From Candidatus Hydrogenedentota bacterium (GTDB lineage: Bacteria; Hydrogenedentota; Hydrogenedentia; Hydrogenedentales; SLHB01), in the NCBI GenBank assembly GCA_045863295.1, contig BTWA01000052.1, positions 1 through 27,588 of the forward strand: a DNA stretch of 27,588 nt. The letters run 5' to 3'. A model generated the notes under the pieces. That model saw only the letters and a list, made by a program, of their open reading frames with translations. It was not told the DNA's origin and did not search any database. Positions 25,860 through 27,588 of the stretch are shown here, in pieces (position 1 is the first letter of the stretch; each line of letters begins with the position of its first letter). Both the position numbers and the translations under genes were made by a program.

Positions 25860-27170
25860 TCAATGGACAATGTCTTCCAACTGCACCACATCGCCCAAGG
25901 GTTGGAATTCCGGACAGTCCTGCTTGCCACCGAATAGCACCGTCATCGTGCGGACCTTCCTGCGTCGCAGCTCTTCGAGCAGTTCGGGTTTCAATCCCGC
26001 GTATCCATCGGTGAGCACGACGGCCTTGTCGAGTCCGCGCTCGATGATGCTGTTGGCAATGCAATTGAAGTCCGTGCCGTAGGTAGTCTTGACCGCTCCC
26101 TGCAGCAAGGTATGGAAGGGAACTTCGACGGCCATGTTGCTGAAAAGGAACACCGACGTCAGTTCCGTTCGGAGGCTTTGCAGCACGCCGATGATTCCCG
26201 GAAGGTGCTCGTTCACGCTGCCAGACACGTCCAGGTAGACAGCGAGCCCTTGCTTGTGGCTGGTGACGCCGGTCGCGCGGTTGCGGTAGTGGAATGGCGT
26301 GATGCCTGCAGAGAGCAAGACCAGATCGCGTTTGGACGGGTGAATCGGAATCGGCGACACGCACACCCGGGAATGGCGCGTGGTCTGCCTGAAATTATCC
26401 ATCTTCTGCCGCGTGGCGAACTTCTGGAGCAAGGCCTTCTTAATGGACAAATGCGTCTTCAGCGCATCCACGAACATTTCGAGCAGGTTCTGGCTGTAGC
26501 CCGCGTTCGGGCCCAGGTTGCGTTTCACGGCTTTCTTCAAGTCTTCCGCGATACGGCCAAGATCCTCGGCTGACAGGCCTTCCGCTCCCGAACCAGATCC
26601 AAGCCCGGCATCCGTGCCTGTGGCATGGCTGCCGAGCAGCGTTACGACGGCCGCCTCCGACGTGGGCGTCAACACTTTCAAGGTCTGGATGACCTCGCCG
26701 GTGCTGAGCCACTGTTCGGATCTTCGTCCATAGCAGTAGAACACGTCGTACAGCGCGTCGTAGCGGCTGTCCCGCATCAGGCTCATGGGCCGCAAGAGTC
26801 CGGGAAGCCCATGGGGCTCGTAGAACTTTTTGAACAGACTTCCTTCGCCGGACGCGCGGGCGAACAACTGGGTGATACTCGCGTTGATCACCATGTCCGC
26901 GGCCAGGTTTTCCAATTCTCCCGGTCCATGGACGAAATGGCCGAACATGGGATGCATCAGTTCGTGCATGACAAGACAGAAAAGGTCTTCCTCGCTCGTC
27001 ACGTACCGACTGACGAATGCCGGCCCGTATCTCAGGTGTCCGTCGGCGGTGATGCATGCCGTTGGACATTCCGGGGATTCCTCGACGCGCTTGATGAATG
27101 AGCCGACAAAGCTTTCCCGCCCGAGCGCGTTTCTGAGCACGCTTCGAACGGTATCCAGAGTGATTCTCAT
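25860..27170 (-). CDS. DUF2201-like protein: HExxH metallopeptidase-like domain + vWA domain
   Basis: CPTACIT.DG; HELMH; NLAADMVIN; MIDAS YLDVSGSV; YGTDFN; VVLTDG. AGGAGG RBS. Confidence 0.88.
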   Translation of the reverse strand: MRITLDTVRSVLRNALGRESFVGSFIKRVEESPECPTACITADGHLRYGPAFVSRYVTSEEDLFCLVMHELMHPMFGHFVHGPGELENLAADMVINASITQLFARASGEGSLFKKFYEPHGLPGLLRPMSLMRDSRYDALYDVFYCYGRRSEQWLSTGEVIQTLKVLTPTSEAAVVTLLGSHATGTDAGLGSGSGAEGLSAEDLGRIAEDLKKAVKRNLGPNAGYSQNLLEMFVDALKTHLSIKKALLQKFATRQKMDNFRQTTRHSRVCVSPIPIHPSKRDLVLLSAGITPFHYRNRATGVTSHKQGLAVYLDVSGSVNEHLPGIIGVLQSLRTELTSVFLFSNMAVEVPFHTLLQGAVKTTYGTDFNCIANSIIERGLDKAVVLTDGYAGLKPELLEELRRRKVRTMTVLFGGKQDCPEFQPLGDVVQLEDIVH

Positions 27171-27189
27171 TGTTGATTTCCTCCTATGC

Positions 27190-27227
27190 GGCGCCCCGAA
27201 GGCTGTGGCTAGCGCCTTCGGGACGTC
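27190..27227. other. Intergenic hairpin immediately upstream of the vWA gene RBS
   Basis: GGCGCCCCGAAGGC-N10-GCCTTCGGGACGTC, with a perfect 9-bp core. Confidence 0.6.
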
Positions 27228-27244
27228 ATGGGTTGGGTTGAGGT

Positions 27245-27588
27245 TTAATGGACACGAAAGACGACATTTCCCTTACCCGCGCGAAAGCAATAGCGGCACT
27301 CGAAGCAGGACTTCGCTTTGCCGCTCTGATGCAGGCAGGGAACGCCTTCGGCTCGCGGATCGATATCGAGGTAGGCGACACGCCATCCTTTTGGCGGGTC
27401 CGGCATTCCCGGATCGACCGATGCGAACAGGTGAACGTTGGGCAGTGCCCGGAACTGTTCGAGCGCCGGCAGGAGCGATGGCTCGGTCCAAGACCGGGTA
27501 TAGGCCCAAAACTGCGTGGCAGGCTGTCTAATCGCGATCTTGCGCCACGCCAGGATGTAGGCCCGGCTGTAGAAGTCGCCGCTCACAT
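27245..27588 (-). CDS. 3' part of a GP88-like (phage gene product 88) protein, truncated by the window edge
   Basis: SGDFYS..Y...W..IA; FWAYTRSW; LPNVHLFASVD; C-terminal C...CFECRYCF. Confidence 0.7.
   Translation of the reverse strand, partial: VSGDFYSRAYILAWRKIAIRQPATQFWAYTRSWTEPSLLPALEQFRALPNVHLFASVDPGMPDPPKGWRVAYLDIDPRAEGVPCLHQSGKAKSCFECRYCFRAGKGNVVFRVH

Overview
This is a bacterial accessory region with no rRNA, tRNA, CRISPR array or integrase, and it falls into three blocks. (1) Positions 1-16714 (minus strand) form a tightly packed, largely translationally coupled gene cluster. In transcription order it encodes: a putative regulator, a RelA/SpoT-type HD hydrolase, a JAB metallopeptidase, an E2-like (UBC-fold) protein, a 67-aa non-ubiquitin-like small protein ending DDLGWA, a ThiF/E1 enzyme, a HerA/FtsK-like ATPase split across two frames, two helical proteins, a WD40+helical protein, a catalytically degenerate Ser/Thr pseudokinase, a large HTH protein and its partner, a Lon-type protease domain fused to an unknown ~190-aa helical domain, and one complete plus one probable (truncated) stand-alone paralog of that domain. 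(2) Positions 17042-21122 (plus strand, divergent) encode an APAF-1-like NB-ARC/WD40 STAND protein and a second WD40 ORF. The shared intergenic region holds three phased TCGTGCGCTA repeats. (3) Positions 21406-27588 (mostly minus strand) form a mobile-element-like module: GP88-like protein, HExxH-vWA protein, two paralogous small proteins, an inverted SUFU gene, a MoxR AAA+ ATPase and a SAP-motif protein. The best candidate for an undescribed system is block 1, an E1-E2-JAB conjugation cassette with a candidate non-canonical modifier peptide embedded in a large signalling/conflict operon. All family calls come from reading motifs by eye, not from database searches.
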